A DNA stretch of 64,000 nucleotides, taken from NCBI GenBank assembly GCA_965197925.1, contig CBDAOC010000019.1, forward strand, positions 64,001 to 128,000, given 5' to 3'. The notes under the pieces were generated by a model. It made no database searches. It was given only the letters and a program-made list of their open reading frames with translations, and was not told where the DNA came from. Source of the DNA: Nitrososphaerales archaeon (lineage in GTDB: Archaea > Thermoproteota > Nitrososphaeria > Nitrososphaerales > UBA213). Below are positions 21,244-32,122 of the stretch, one piece after another (within the stretch, counting starts at the first letter, position 1; each line of letters starts with the position of its first letter). Made by a program: the position numbers and the translations under genes.

Positions 21244-21256
21244 ACCATTGCCTTAT

Positions 21257-21276
21257 TTTCTTTAATATATGACGTT
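21257..21276. promoter_or_regulatory. Overlapping divergent motifs B (+) and A (-)
   Basis: TTTCTTTAATATATGACGTT: motif B before the ATG at 21291, reverse AACGTCATA 33 nt before the ATG at 21243. Confidence 0.7.
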
Positions 21277-21290
21277 ACATTTCAAACCCC

Positions 21291-21599
21291 ATGCCGACAT
21301 GTTTTGAACTTGGTAACTGCGATATCGCTGCAAAACCACTTGAAACAATCCTACTTCCATTCACCAACCTGATAGGCGACTTCATATACCCGGCATTCTG
21401 GGGATCAATCCTCTTCATTATATGGCTGCGTACCCATGACTCGACATTTGTCGGATTGGTAGGCGTGATAATAAGCACGGCCTTCATAGGCGGTGCCGTG
21501 ACGCTACTGCCCGAAGCCCTCTATATTGGAATCATGTTGTTGGGCGTGTCGGTAGGCATATCACTCTACAGATTATTAACAGAGCGATTGTTCAACTAA
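21291..21599 (+). CDS. Small 3-TM viral membrane protein
   Basis: 102 aa, hydrophobic, preceded by motif B. Confidence 0.65.
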   Translation: MPTCFELGNCDIAAKPLETILLPFTNLIGDFIYPAFWGSILFIIWLRTHDSTFVGLVGVIISTAFIGGAVTLLPEALYIGIMLLGVSVGISLYRLLTERLFN

Positions 21600-21605
21600 A
21601 AATTT

Positions 21606-21618
21606 AACGTCATAACCT
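21606..21618 (+). promoter_or_regulatory. Element motif A (AACGTCATAACCT)
   Basis: 33 nt before the TTG at 21639. Confidence 0.65.
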
Positions 21619-21638
21619 ATGTCGTACAACATCAACCA

Positions 21639-21998
21639 TTGTCAAGCGATAGACTGATGGAACTTATACAGGAGAGCAACAGCAACAGGCAAGGCGATAG
21701 CTACTACCCTGATCCCATGAGACAACTCTACTCTTCAATGATAAGCACTGATGCCCTTCCACTGGTGGTCTTTGAAATCGAACACATACCGTTACTGATT
21801 CATGCATTGCCACCAAAACTAAGGCATCTTGCAAGGGATTATTATAATCTGTTCATCCGGTCACTGACTGCAACCAGGTCAATCAACGGCGCCCTGATAA
21901 AGGAGTTGACACAGACCAAGGTGCGCTATGAGTACGATGATGTAAAGGGCAAGAAGGGCATCAACAAGATGTTTGCGCCCAAGGGTGAGCAGGCATAG
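21639..21998 (+). CDS. Hypothetical viral protein
   Basis: 119 aa, preceded by motif A. Confidence 0.6.
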   Translation: MSSDRLMELIQESNSNRQGDSYYPDPMRQLYSSMISTDALPLVVFEIEHIPLLIHALPPKLRHLARDYYNLFIRSLTATRSINGALIKELTQTKVRYEYDDVKGKKGINKMFAPKGEQA

Positions 21999-22000
21999 GT

Positions 22001-22372
22001 ATGCAGGTCAAGTGCAGAAAACTCAAATCAAGCCTCAGGGATAATCGAAGACATATAGTGTTCTGTGAGAATTGTAGGCATTATACCTGTATTACCGATG
22101 GCCACTGCGTGTGCTGCTTCGGTAGGGTCAGGCTGTACAAAAAAAATAACAGGTGGCTGGCAAGTACACTGAACCTTGCTGCAAGACAATACAGGCAACA
22201 GGTGGAGGAATTTCTCCTGTTTCCAGAGGCCAACATTTCAATCATAATAAAACGCAAGGGGATTACTTATAAAATCCCGATCAAGATCATAGCCCTTTGG
22301 GCACAGAACCTCCCACGCCAAAGAATCCTGGCGTATGCCCATGACAACATAACAACGATAACAACGCTGTGA
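22001..22372 (+). CDS. Viral zinc-finger protein
   Basis: CENC...CVCC motif. Confidence 0.6.
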   Translation: MQVKCRKLKSSLRDNRRHIVFCENCRHYTCITDGHCVCCFGRVRLYKKNNRWLASTLNLAARQYRQQVEEFLLFPEANISIIIKRKGITYKIPIKIIALWAQNLPRQRILAYAHDNITTITTL

Positions 22373-22385
22373 TTCTTTAATATAT
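22373..22385 (+). promoter_or_regulatory. Element motif B
   Basis: TTCTTTAATATAT; its C lies 34 nt before the TTG at 22409. Confidence 0.7.
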
Positions 22386-22408
22386 CATTTACCATCAAAA
22401 AGATAATA

Positions 22409-23407
22409 TTGTCATCCGAATTGTCATTGGAAATCGTCAACAGGCTTGCAGGGGACGAGGAATCATTGGAGGCCGCAAAAAAATATTACATGGCAAGGTC
22501 GGTACCACGGCAAACGAGTGTGGGAACGGCCATGGGTGCGAGGCGAGCAGGATTTGTAATACAGGCAGAGATGCGTGCCGGCGAGACCTTCAGGTCCACG
22601 TTGACGGAAAGGGGGTTTACCGATGAGGAACAAGCCAATATCTCACGTAATCTATTCAATATCTTTGAAACCCATACCTTTCGGGATTTCAATCCCAGGG
22701 CTACACACGGGTATCCAGACGACACAAGAATCAGGTCTGCCAAGGCGGTATTACGAGGAACACCAAAGGACCCAAGGCAAGTCAGGCTGGATGCGGCTGC
22801 AAGACAATTAGATGATCGCTCACGTAGGATAGACACGACAATAAAGGCAATACAACAAAAAAATCCAGGAATATCATATGAGGCCGCAAAACTCAGGGGA
22901 AGGGGACTGGTACAGGGCGGGAGAATAACAGGTGGCGCTGGAATAAGCGTTGTACCGGCATCTACCACAGTTGAAAGAACACTGGCAAAAGCAATTGACA
23001 GCCGTGGCAGTGTAGACCTTGCAAGGCTTTCAAAAAGTGAAATGAAGATGCTTGGCGCAGCACAGGCCAACGGAAGAAACGTCCTGACCTCGATAGAGGG
23101 AATGAAGGTGGCACCACAGACCGCAGCGGCAATAACCGTTGGGAAAAGCACGACAATATATCCATCAAGGACTGGTGTCAGGGCAGTAACAGGTACACAT
23201 GGACACCGTAGCAGGGCTGTAAGGTATGCCGCATCGGAATTCGATTTAGCAGGAACCGTTGATGCTGTGACACCAGAGGAACTTGCGACATCCAGGATAC
23301 CCCTTTTCCTATTAGGTTTTGACCAAGGAATCACGTCAATCAAAAATAATATACGAAGAAGTATCGAGTCTGAGATAAACACATTACCAATGAAAATTGA
23401 AACCTGA
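22409..23407 (+). pseudogene. Arg/Ala-rich viral protein truncated by an IS fragment
   Basis: The last ~36 codons are the antisense of a transposase 5' end. Confidence 0.65.
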
Positions 23408-23446
23408 TCTTATCGTTTCGACCGGCTTAATTATGCCCAAGCCTCA
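23298..23446 (-). mobile_element. IS 5'-end fragment (same family as 32123-33214)
   Basis: About 150 bp highly similar to 33069-33214, including the terminal repeat AATTATGCCCAAGCCTCA. Confidence 0.9.
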
Positions 23447-23939
23447 TATAATTAAGAATGAATCAGAAGCGCTTGCACATTATCGCGAAAATGACGATGG
23501 TCATTAGAAATTCTTCTAATATTACCACAATGATTGATTTCTGTTCAAATTCCAATTTGGAATATTTTGTAATTGTATAGAATTCACGCTAATTGGCCTG
23601 CAGTAATGTGTTCAAAAATATCCGTATATGGTTTTGAGTATGGAAGTTAAGTTTTAGAATCACTAAAAAATATTATAAATAAATTTTGATATGAAAAGAT
23701 TTCTTTGTGTTCAAAGACCGTAAGAACATCATATTTTTGCTTCCCAATAATGGTATTACAACAGACCATTTTTAGATGTTCTAAACTTTATTGCATTTTC
23801 CCATCTGTTCTGAGATCATCAAAAAAAATAACAAAGCATAGGATATTATCTTTAATTTGATGCCTAACTTGGCTTACCTGCATCACCCAATTCAAATAAT
23901 CCCTCCCCAATGAGATTGGGCAAGTATTCATTATACTAT

Positions 23940-25700
23940 TTATTTAACGGTAACAGATTTTGCCAGATTTCTGGGATAGTCTGGATTTGATTCCCTCTTT
24001 ACAGCTGTGTGATATGCAAGAAGCTGTAACGGTATAACTTCAAGTATTGGGTACAAAAGTTCATTAACTTTCGGTATTCGTATCCATTCGTCATATTTGT
24101 TATTATTAATGTTGGACACTCCTACCACAATAGCACCTCTAGCCTTGATTTCATGTACATTAGCTAATGTGTCTACATATGTTTCGTCTTGTGGATTTAA
24201 CATTACGACAGTAGTATTCTCGTCCATCAGTGCTAATGGTCCATGTTTTAATTCCCCAGCTGGAAGACCTTCTGCGTGCAAATAAACAAGTTCCTTCAAT
24301 TTTAGCGCAGCCTCTAACGAGATAGGATAATGCAAACCCCTTCCCAAGACATAGATATTTCCAATATGCTCGATTTGGTCAGCTATTTTGGAAATGATAT
24401 TCATATTATTCAAGATATTAGTTACAGATTTTTCAATCTCAAGAATATCTTTGAGATGGCCACGATTTGATATCTCATCTAAGATCCTGTAAATGAGGGA
24501 TAACTGTGCAGTGAAACTTTTTGTAGCGGCTACACCAATTTCTGGGCCACAGTTTAACCCCAGAAAAAGATCACTTGCTCTTGCCAGTGAAGACGTAGTA
24601 ATATTAACTAATGAAAGTGTCTTCGCCTTCGAGCCTTTGGCAATCTTCACCACCCTTAAAATATCTGCGGTTTCTCCACTCTGGGATATCGGCATTAGTA
24701 CAGTCCCTTTTGTTAAAACATCAGAACCATACTGGAATTCACTTGCTAATATTGCTTCACACGGCAATTTGGAGTATTTTGAAAAAAGCTTCTTGGCGAT
24801 CATCGCTGCATTATAGCTACTCCCACTTCCTGTTATCATAATCTTTTCAGAAGACATCAACGCTTTCACAAATTCCTGTAAATCTGACTCTCGAACGGAG
24901 AACGCCTTTGCGATTGTGTGTTTTTGTTCGTTGATCTCTTTCAAAGTATAATGGGCATATTTACCCTTATCAGCATCCGCGAGCTCCCACGCTATCTGGG
25001 TAATTTGCTTCTTTACCTTGGACCCATTATCGTCATATATTGCAAGACCATTGTTGTCTATAATTACGAATTCATGATTGTCTAGAAAAATTGCCTGATC
25101 AGTATATTCTATAAAACCTAAAATGTCACTTGAAATATAATAACCGTCCTTAGCAACACCTACAATTAATGGTTCGTCGTATCTAACTCCCGCAAGGGTA
25201 TTATCATCGAAAATAGCTACTAATGCATATGCACCTCTCAGCTTGTTGGTGACATTTTTCATTGCACGTTTGATATCACCATTCTTGTTGAGAAATTCTC
25301 CTAGCATATGAGCAATAACTTCACTATCAGTTTCACTCTTGAATTTATGTCGTCTTGCTACCAGAGATTTCTTGAGTTCTTTATAATTGTCAATAATACC
25401 GTTATGTACTACCGCGATATCATTCCTGCAGTTGTTGTGTGGATGTGCATTCTTATCTGTTACACTCCCATGTGAAGCCCATCTCGTGTGACCAATGCCC
25501 GAGATACCTTTCATGTTTTCAAGACGAAGAACCCTGTTGACCTCATCGACCTTTCCCACACACTTTTTAATTAGAACTTGCCTTCTTGAAATAGTGGCCA
25601 AACCTACACTATCATAACCCCTGTATTCCATTCGCCTGAGACTTTTTACAAGAATTGGTGCAGCAGTTTTATTGCCTGAATATGCTATGATAGAGCACAT
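23940..25700 (-). CDS. glmS: Glutamine--fructose-6-phosphate aminotransferase
   Basis: N-terminal MC, EYRGYDS, GHTRWA, HNGII, SQSGET, C-terminal PRNLAKSVTV. Confidence 0.97.
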   Translation of the reverse strand: MCSIIAYSGNKTAAPILVKSLRRMEYRGYDSVGLATISRRQVLIKKCVGKVDEVNRVLRLENMKGISGIGHTRWASHGSVTDKNAHPHNNCRNDIAVVHNGIIDNYKELKKSLVARRHKFKSETDSEVIAHMLGEFLNKNGDIKRAMKNVTNKLRGAYALVAIFDDNTLAGVRYDEPLIVGVAKDGYYISSDILGFIEYTDQAIFLDNHEFVIIDNNGLAIYDDNGSKVKKQITQIAWELADADKGKYAHYTLKEINEQKHTIAKAFSVRESDLQEFVKALMSSEKIMITGSGSSYNAAMIAKKLFSKYSKLPCEAILASEFQYGSDVLTKGTVLMPISQSGETADILRVVKIAKGSKAKTLSLVNITTSSLARASDLFLGLNCGPEIGVAATKSFTAQLSLIYRILDEISNRGHLKDILEIEKSVTNILNNMNIISKIADQIEHIGNIYVLGRGLHYPISLEAALKLKELVYLHAEGLPAGELKHGPLALMDENTTVVMLNPQDETYVDTLANVHEIKARGAIVVGVSNINNNKYDEWIRIPKVNELLYPILEVIPLQLLAYHTAVKRESNPDYPRNLAKSVTVK

Positions 25701-25769
25701 ATATCTAGAAAAATAGGTTATCCGTTATAAAAATCTCTAACCAAGAAAAAAAATCTAAATTAATCGTCA

Positions 25770-26327
25770 TCAATTGGAAGCTGGAGTCTCATTTACTGCC
25801 TTACCGGAACCAGTTTCTGCAGATACTACAGGCCGTGATGCTAGTTTATATGAACTATTTTTTCTTATTGTAATCATACCCTCGTGGTCACTCTTAACCC
25901 TGTAACTTGGTATACTTACTATCTTGTCATTGATTGTAATATGACCATGAACCACGGCCTGCCTAGCCTGCCAAGGACTCTTTGCAAATCCTTTCCTAAA
26001 AACTATGCTCTGCAGTCTTCGCTCAAGTAGTGTTTCAATCGTGAGGTTTAACACATCATCTAGTGTGGCACCATCTTGCACCAAACCCATCCTTGTTAAG
26101 GAGCCAAGCAAATTGGTTTCTCTATGTAGTCTAGCTCCCTTTGGTAATGCAAGTAAGCCTCTTGCCTGTTTTCTAATCCTTGACAATTCAGTTTGGGCCT
26201 TCCAAAGTTCTTGCTTATTTCTCAACCCGTAAGTACCAAGAATTTGCAATTCAGCCATGAGCTGATCAGAATTCCATGGTCTTCTAGGTTTCTTGTACTG
26301 GTTTTTCGGTTTTTTAGGATCACCCAT
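25770..26327 (-). CDS. rps4: 30S ribosomal protein S4
   Basis: MGDPK..K.Y..P..PW, YGLRNK.ELW, LERRLQS, ARQ.V.HGHI. Confidence 0.95.
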   Translation of the reverse strand: MGDPKKPKNQYKKPRRPWNSDQLMAELQILGTYGLRNKQELWKAQTELSRIRKQARGLLALPKGARLHRETNLLGSLTRMGLVQDGATLDDVLNLTIETLLERRLQSIVFRKGFAKSPWQARQAVVHGHITINDKIVSIPSYRVKSDHEGMITIRKNSSYKLASRPVVSAETGSGKAVNETPASN

Positions 26328-26344
26328 CACTTTTCACTTTTATC

Positions 26345-26965
26345 TTATGTTGATTTGGATCCTTCTTTCGTCTTTGGCACATCTTTTGCAGAACCAGCAG
26401 TTTGTTTACTTTCTGCAGTGGGAGTAACTCCTTTTGCTGGCGTTGCTTCTTTACCTGCTGGTGCAGCGGTAGTAGCAGCATCTGCTGCTTCGCTAGGTGT
26501 TCCTTTTGGCAATAGTTTTCCAGTCTTCAAAACTGCAACCGCACCACCCTTTCTTCCAGTGGTTCTAGTGCATTGACCCCTCACCTTCAAACCCATCATA
26601 TGTCTGAATCCCCTATAACTCAAAACACCCTTTTCCCGTTCTATATCATTGTGAACTGCAACATCCAACGCGGTAGAAATAAGATGTGTTGTCATACCGG
26701 TGTCCACCTCTCTTCTTCTGTTCAAAAACCATTTGGGGATACCAATCCCTTCAGGGTTTCTAATTCCATTTTCTAAAACATTAACCTCACTTTCTGATAA
26801 AAATCCTGCCCGTAAATTAGGATCTATCTTTAACGTATTAAGTAATACTTGCGCAAAATTAAAACTCAAACCCCTTAGCTGGCTCAATGCTACTACCAGC
26901 TTTCTGCCTCCATCAACATCCTTTCCAAGGATTCTAACTATATACCTATACTCTTTAGAGGACAA
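26345..26965 (-). CDS. rps13: 30S ribosomal protein S13 with Ala/Lys-rich C-terminal tail
   Basis: IPKWFLNRR, SYRGFRH..GLKVRGQCTRTTGR. Confidence 0.95.
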   Translation of the reverse strand: MSSKEYRYIVRILGKDVDGGRKLVVALSQLRGLSFNFAQVLLNTLKIDPNLRAGFLSESEVNVLENGIRNPEGIGIPKWFLNRRREVDTGMTTHLISTALDVAVHNDIEREKGVLSYRGFRHMMGLKVRGQCTRTTGRKGGAVAVLKTGKLLPKGTPSEAADAATTAAPAGKEATPAKGVTPTAESKQTAGSAKDVPKTKEGSKST

Positions 26966-27151
26966 TTCACAACTTTTTTGCAGGTGCTACAATAAAAACC
27001 ATACTACTAATTGTAATTGCTTGGCTAACCGAGGAAGGCTATTTCTTTCTAACTTCTTGGTTTTTATGACTTGGTTAAGATTATTACTGTGAAAACCATC
27101 TGTTGAGTTAATAAGATTTAAATCCAAAATAAGAGAGAGTTTATTGTTGTA

Positions 27152-28798
27152 ATGATCGAAGAACAAAAAACAATTGAACTTGTACATAGATGTTATACCT
27201 CCCAACCCAAGTATACCGAAATAGAACCTGGTGTACCTGAGGACTATCAGCACATAAATACTCTTGGGCAATTGCTAGAAATAAATTATAAGGAATCTAA
27301 AGTTGGTGATCAGCTCAGAAGGAATCTTATTGCAAAGAGGAAACTAAATCAATCCCCTTATTATGGAATAGTAGGCTTTGAAGAGGATGTAATACCTTCT
27401 ACTGACAGGGCTATTCTTGCAGATCATGATATTATCTATATAGGAGAGATTGGACAGGCGAAAACCAAACTTGCAGAAACAATTGCAAGGAATTTACTTT
27501 CACCAATATCAGCAGTTCGGGGTACGCTTACAAATGATATTCCTACAACTATTCCAGAAGATGAACTGGTATCTATGCTTACGGATCAAAAGATCATACG
27601 AACGTCACCAGAATTCTACGTTTCCAAAGAATGTGAAAATATAATAAGAGATAATAAACTTGATACTAAAATAGAATGGGTTGAAGGAAAAAGACGATAC
27701 AAATATGTTCTTGCAACACCCGACATTTCCGTAAAAGACCTTGTTGGACAGATTGACGCAATCAAGATTGCTAAGAAGGGAGTGGAGATTTATGATATAG
27801 AATCCTACTCTCCTGGACAATTATTGCAAGCAAGACATGGTATACTGTGCATTGACGAACTTCCTGTACTAGACCCAAGGAAGCAAGTTGTCTTGCTGAG
27901 TGTATTGCAAGAAGGCAAGTTTACGACGGGTGCTTATCCAGTTATTTTCAAGCCACTAACAAAAATAATTGCAACTGCAAATCCAATAGATTATACTCAT
28001 TCTGGCAAGATAATAGAACCATTGTTTGACAGATTGAGTCATATCGACACGCATTATCCATCTACTCTTGAACAAGAGATGGCGATAATGTTACAAGAGA
28101 TGAAATTTAATGATGATAAGACTTTTCTACCAATATTTATGTTGAAAACTTTGGCTAGAACAGTTCACATGGCTAGAGAACATCCCGATGTAAATAAGTA
28201 CAAAGGTGTCAGTGTAAGAATGAGTATTCATAGTTTAGAGTTGCTTATAAGTGAAGCAATACGAACAAGAACCATGTATCATGATGTACTAACAGTTCCG
28301 AGACCATGCGATATTTACTCTATCCACCAAGCAGCAAAGTTTGAATTATCAGAAATAGAAGATACTAGAGAAAATAGGGTGAGTGTTCTTAACTCATTAA
28401 TCGAAGAATCCCTTAAGCAAACAGCACTTGAATATATGGTGGGGGTTGACCAGGCTCAACTTACGCAAATAAAAGAGGAATTCACTAACAATAAAATATT
28501 TGAGGTGGCGCAGAATTTACTTGGAGATAATAAAAATTCAGGCAACTATGTAAACCAACTGAATAAATTCCAAACCCTGAAAAATTTGGTAGATCAAGTT
28601 AAAAAAATTGTAAAGAACGATCAGGATGCGTTTACAGAAAAAATGAAAAAATATAACACTGAAAGTGTTGTGATATCTCACTTTGATGATTTGAACGGAG
28701 AACTCACTGCGTCTGTAACTGAAATTGTTTTGGAGGGTCTGCGTTGGCTCAAACCAGCAATATTGGATAAGAAAGAGAAGGGCTATGTCACAGCCTAG
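27152..28798 (+). CDS. ChlI/MoxR-like AAA+ ATPase
   Basis: GEIGQAKT Walker A, ILCIDELP Walker B, ATANP.DY, PLFDRL, GVSVR. Confidence 0.85.
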   Translation: MIEEQKTIELVHRCYTSQPKYTEIEPGVPEDYQHINTLGQLLEINYKESKVGDQLRRNLIAKRKLNQSPYYGIVGFEEDVIPSTDRAILADHDIIYIGEIGQAKTKLAETIARNLLSPISAVRGTLTNDIPTTIPEDELVSMLTDQKIIRTSPEFYVSKECENIIRDNKLDTKIEWVEGKRRYKYVLATPDISVKDLVGQIDAIKIAKKGVEIYDIESYSPGQLLQARHGILCIDELPVLDPRKQVVLLSVLQEGKFTTGAYPVIFKPLTKIIATANPIDYTHSGKIIEPLFDRLSHIDTHYPSTLEQEMAIMLQEMKFNDDKTFLPIFMLKTLARTVHMAREHPDVNKYKGVSVRMSIHSLELLISEAIRTRTMYHDVLTVPRPCDIYSIHQAAKFELSEIEDTRENRVSVLNSLIEESLKQTALEYMVGVDQAQLTQIKEEFTNNKIFEVAQNLLGDNKNSGNYVNQLNKFQTLKNLVDQVKKIVKNDQDAFTEKMKKYNTESVVISHFDDLNGELTASVTEIVLEGLRWLKPAILDKKEKGYVTA

Positions 28799-30158
28799 CA
28801 ATAAGGGATTTGTATATTATCAAAGCCAGAAGAATCGGGGGGAGGAGAACAAATTATCCAAAGATTTAACGAACATATTATCCCAAGATATAATGAACAA
28901 ACTACTCCTAACACTTGGCAGAGAAGCAATAAGGGAAAGAACCCCATCCATAGAGGAATTAGAGAAGACCCTTCAGGAGATGCTTTCGATTGAAAGGGGC
29001 AATATAAACAATCTGTTAGAAAATAATTCGTCTAGTGCTGAGAACGGATTGGAGGGCGGGGGAAGTGCAGTTGTGAAATTTCTTATTCACAAAGGTTACC
29101 TGAAGGAAGGGGCAAGATGGTTAACTAATAGGGGGTTCATGAGCATTGGTTCAAAAATTCTCGCGGATTTAATGAAGGCCTTGAAGAGCGGTGATCTTGG
29201 TCTACATGATACCTTGAAGTTAGGTTCTGGCAATATTATATTGGATACTAGCAAGAAGTATGAACTTGGTGATGATATAAGATTACTTAACGTTCCAAAA
29301 TCATTATTTAACACGGTAGAAAGAATTGCAAAAAATTCTAACACAATCAAATTTCCGTTGAATATTGATGTTGATGATTTTGAAGAGTATGAGACGAATC
29401 AAGATGTCCGTCTGGCTATCACTTACTGTATAGACCTGAGTTCAACCATGCGTTATTCCTCTGGGTTAGGTGATGTAACTAGGATCGAAGCGGCGAAGCG
29501 TGCTTTATGGAGTTTATATGTATTAAACAGAAAATTCTTTCCAACTGATTCGATTTACATAGTCGGTTTTGGTGCACTTGCGTCAAAAGTATTACCGCAG
29601 GATATACCGTATCTAAAGACTTTTGAACCAGGTAATGATTTTTTGCACTATACTAATTATCAAGCAGTATTCAGGTTAGCCACTAAGATTCTACAATCAG
29701 ACGGTGCATTCAACAAGAGAATAGTTTTGATAACAGATGGTCATCCAAGTGCATGTTTCGTTGAAAATGATTATGAAAAGGATAAAATACTTTCCGCAAG
29801 ACCTTATTCACATTTCTATAAACCTGATGAGGACACCATTGAAGCTGTAAAGGCAAAAAAAGATATGAAACTTGATATGGGTGGTGGTGAGCAAGTGTAT
29901 TTATGTTACAGGTATAGGCAGGTAGATCCTTACATAGGAATGAAGACCGCTAACGAAGCTAAAAAGTGTAGGGATGCAGGCATCGAGATTGACACATTAA
30001 TGGTTAGTGAGGAAGATGCTTTACTCACATATGTTAACAAATTGGAGAAACAGGTGAAGGGAAGATCTTACTACATCAACCCGGCAAACATTGATAGATT
30101 ATTGATCACAGATTATCTTTCAAACAAGAAACACCGCATCAACACAAGATCATATTGA
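28785..30158 (+). CDS. vWA-domain protein (partner of the AAA+ ATPase)
   Basis: MIDAS motif IDLSSTM, TNYQ, LITDGHP; ATG at 28785 overlaps the ATPase end. Confidence 0.85.
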   Translation: MSQPSNKGFVYYQSQKNRGEENKLSKDLTNILSQDIMNKLLLTLGREAIRERTPSIEELEKTLQEMLSIERGNINNLLENNSSSAENGLEGGGSAVVKFLIHKGYLKEGARWLTNRGFMSIGSKILADLMKALKSGDLGLHDTLKLGSGNIILDTSKKYELGDDIRLLNVPKSLFNTVERIAKNSNTIKFPLNIDVDDFEEYETNQDVRLAITYCIDLSSTMRYSSGLGDVTRIEAAKRALWSLYVLNRKFFPTDSIYIVGFGALASKVLPQDIPYLKTFEPGNDFLHYTNYQAVFRLATKILQSDGAFNKRIVLITDGHPSACFVENDYEKDKILSARPYSHFYKPDEDTIEAVKAKKDMKLDMGGGEQVYLCYRYRQVDPYIGMKTANEAKKCRDAGIEIDTLMVSEEDALLTYVNKLEKQVKGRSYYINPANIDRLLITDYLSNKKHRINTRSY

Positions 30159-30209
30159 TTGATTTTGTCATTATACCTTTAAATATTGCTAGATCCCGAA
30201 ACGAACTAA

Positions 30210-31226
30210 TTGGGCAAAAAAGCTGCTATTATTAAAGGAGATGGTACAGGGCCAGAGCTTGTTGATGCGATGCTAAATGTATTGAAAGCGTGTAAGACTC
30301 AAGTCGAACTAATCCAGTGTGAGGCTGGTTCTGAATGGTGGGAAAAACATGGAGGAGATTCTTACATTTCAAAAGAAACGTGGGGACTGCTAGAGGAATG
30401 TGATGCTTGCTTCAAGGGCCCAACTACTACCGTACCTATTCCAACTGCTCCCCGAAGTTTAGCTGTCAGCATCAGACAGAAATTTGTGCTATATGGAAAT
30501 ATCAGACCGATCAAATCTTACGGCAGAGCGGACAAGAAATTGGATTTTATATGTGTTAGAGAGGCCACAGAAGGACTCTATGCTGGTATAGAATTCAAAA
30601 TTGGTGACGATTCTGCTATTGCTATAAGAAAGACGACGAGGGATAAATGCGAGAGAATAGCGAATAAGGCTTTTGAAATTGCAATTAAGAAAGGTTTCAA
30701 AAAAGTTATTCCAATAACGAAACGCAATATATTGAAGGAGACGGATGGCATATTCATGGAGGCTGTAAAAAAAGTACAGTCACAATATGGCGGCATAGAG
30801 ATAGAAGAGTACTATATTGATAATATGTGTCAACAACTGGTTAAGAATCCTGAACGATTTAACCAGTGCATCCTAGTAAGTACAAATTTGTTCATGGATA
30901 TTGTTTCAGAAACTGCCTCAGGTCATGTTGGTTCCATCGGAAATGTTTACTCTGGCAATATAGGTGATAACTACGCTATGTTCGAACCTGCCCATGGAAG
31001 TGCGCCAAAGTATAAGGGTATGAACAAGGTGAATCCAGTTGCAACTATACTCTCTGCAGCATGGATGTTGGAATATCTTGGTGAGAGTAACCTTGCAACT
31101 GCCATATTTGATGCCACAGATCAGATAATAAATGAGAACAAGTTTGTTACTTATGATTTAGGAGGTAATGCAACCACAGCCGAGGTTGCTGAAAAAATAG
31201 CTGAAAGAGCGACAAAAATGCTCTAG
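30210..31226 (+). CDS. Isocitrate/isopropylmalate dehydrogenase family protein
   Basis: GDGTGPE, FKGP, VRE.TEG.Y, NLFMDI.S, FEPAHGSAP, NP.A. Confidence 0.9.
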   Translation: MGKKAAIIKGDGTGPELVDAMLNVLKACKTQVELIQCEAGSEWWEKHGGDSYISKETWGLLEECDACFKGPTTTVPIPTAPRSLAVSIRQKFVLYGNIRPIKSYGRADKKLDFICVREATEGLYAGIEFKIGDDSAIAIRKTTRDKCERIANKAFEIAIKKGFKKVIPITKRNILKETDGIFMEAVKKVQSQYGGIEIEEYYIDNMCQQLVKNPERFNQCILVSTNLFMDIVSETASGHVGSIGNVYSGNIGDNYAMFEPAHGSAPKYKGMNKVNPVATILSAAWMLEYLGESNLATAIFDATDQIINENKFVTYDLGGNATTAEVAEKIAERATKML

Positions 31227-31298
31227 TGATTTGATCACAGCAGTTTATTGAACTCTTAATGGAATAATTCTTAAATTACTGTTGACGATTCTTTAACC

Positions 31299-31670
31299 AT
31301 GCAATTATACATAATTGGGGGAATTGCTGGAGGTATTGCCATAGTAATAATGGCATTGTCTCTAGTGCAATACTCCAATGAGGAGTATGCACTGGATGTT
31401 GATGCTTTCAAAGATCAATCTGACCTTATGGGTTTTGTCCGTGTCATCCTTACCAACACAGGGCGTTCTCCTCTTACAAACATTATAATTGATTTTGGTG
31501 ATTATAAAGAAGTAATACCTAATCTTCCGTCTGGTGAAAAGATGATAATTTCACCCAGGGTTGATACACAGGTAGATCATGTTGTTGTAACTGCTGATAA
31601 CGGTATAACCATAAAAAAACAGTTTAGAACGGCACCCAAAATGCCAGGTATGATAGGTGGAATGGGATAA
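31299..31670 (+). CDS. Membrane-anchored hypothetical protein
   Basis: N-terminal TM helix, LTNTG..PL beta-sandwich pattern. Confidence 0.65.
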   Translation: MQLYIIGGIAGGIAIVIMALSLVQYSNEEYALDVDAFKDQSDLMGFVRVILTNTGRSPLTNIIIDFGDYKEVIPNLPSGEKMIISPRVDTQVDHVVVTADNGITIKKQFRTAPKMPGMIGGMG

Positions 31671-32122
31671 CCAAATGCCTGAAGCGCTAATTTCTTCAAA
31701 ATCTCTACTCCCAGAACATACCAACACCTAAACTATTGTTTTTAAAATCCTAACGAATTCTGCAGCGATTATGGTGGCTACCCGATTAATCATAATTGAA
31801 CGAATAGATAATTTCGCGGCAAGGTTAGAACACTGCATGGTTCATTATGTTCATAAGTAGACGATCTCTTACTTATCTATAGCCTGTTGTTGTTTGATTT
31901 ATTCTTTATAAAAATAGATTCAGAATCTTGTAAAAGCTTAACTATTATATAGATAAGAATTTTCCATCGAAGCAATTATAAAAATTTCTATCGTAGGGAT
32001 TAGATCAAGGTGGTAATGGGCTTCTCAATGCAGGAGTAGATACTGATTAACTAGATGGCGATGATAATATTTTTGGCACGGAAGGATTGGACATCTGCAT
32101 CAATGGTGAGTTGCTAATTAAC

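Larger units (their letters stand above)
8412..23297 (+). mobile_element. Virus-like segment 1 (putative spindle-shaped provirus remnant, structural/morphogenesis module)
   Basis: Compositional shift from the host, dense co-oriented ORFs without host homology, P-loop ATPase, small TM proteins, giant adhesin, recurrent upstream motifs; ends at an IS fragment. Confidence 0.75.

Noticed and set aside
22486..23382. 298-aa minus-strand protein
   Set aside because: Only the first ~28 aa are transposase; the rest is the antisense shadow of the viral ORF
27152..28798. Magnesium chelatase / chlorophyll synthesis
   Set aside because: No ChlH or other pigment genes; the ATPase-vWA arrangement fits a general MoxR/ChlI-like pair
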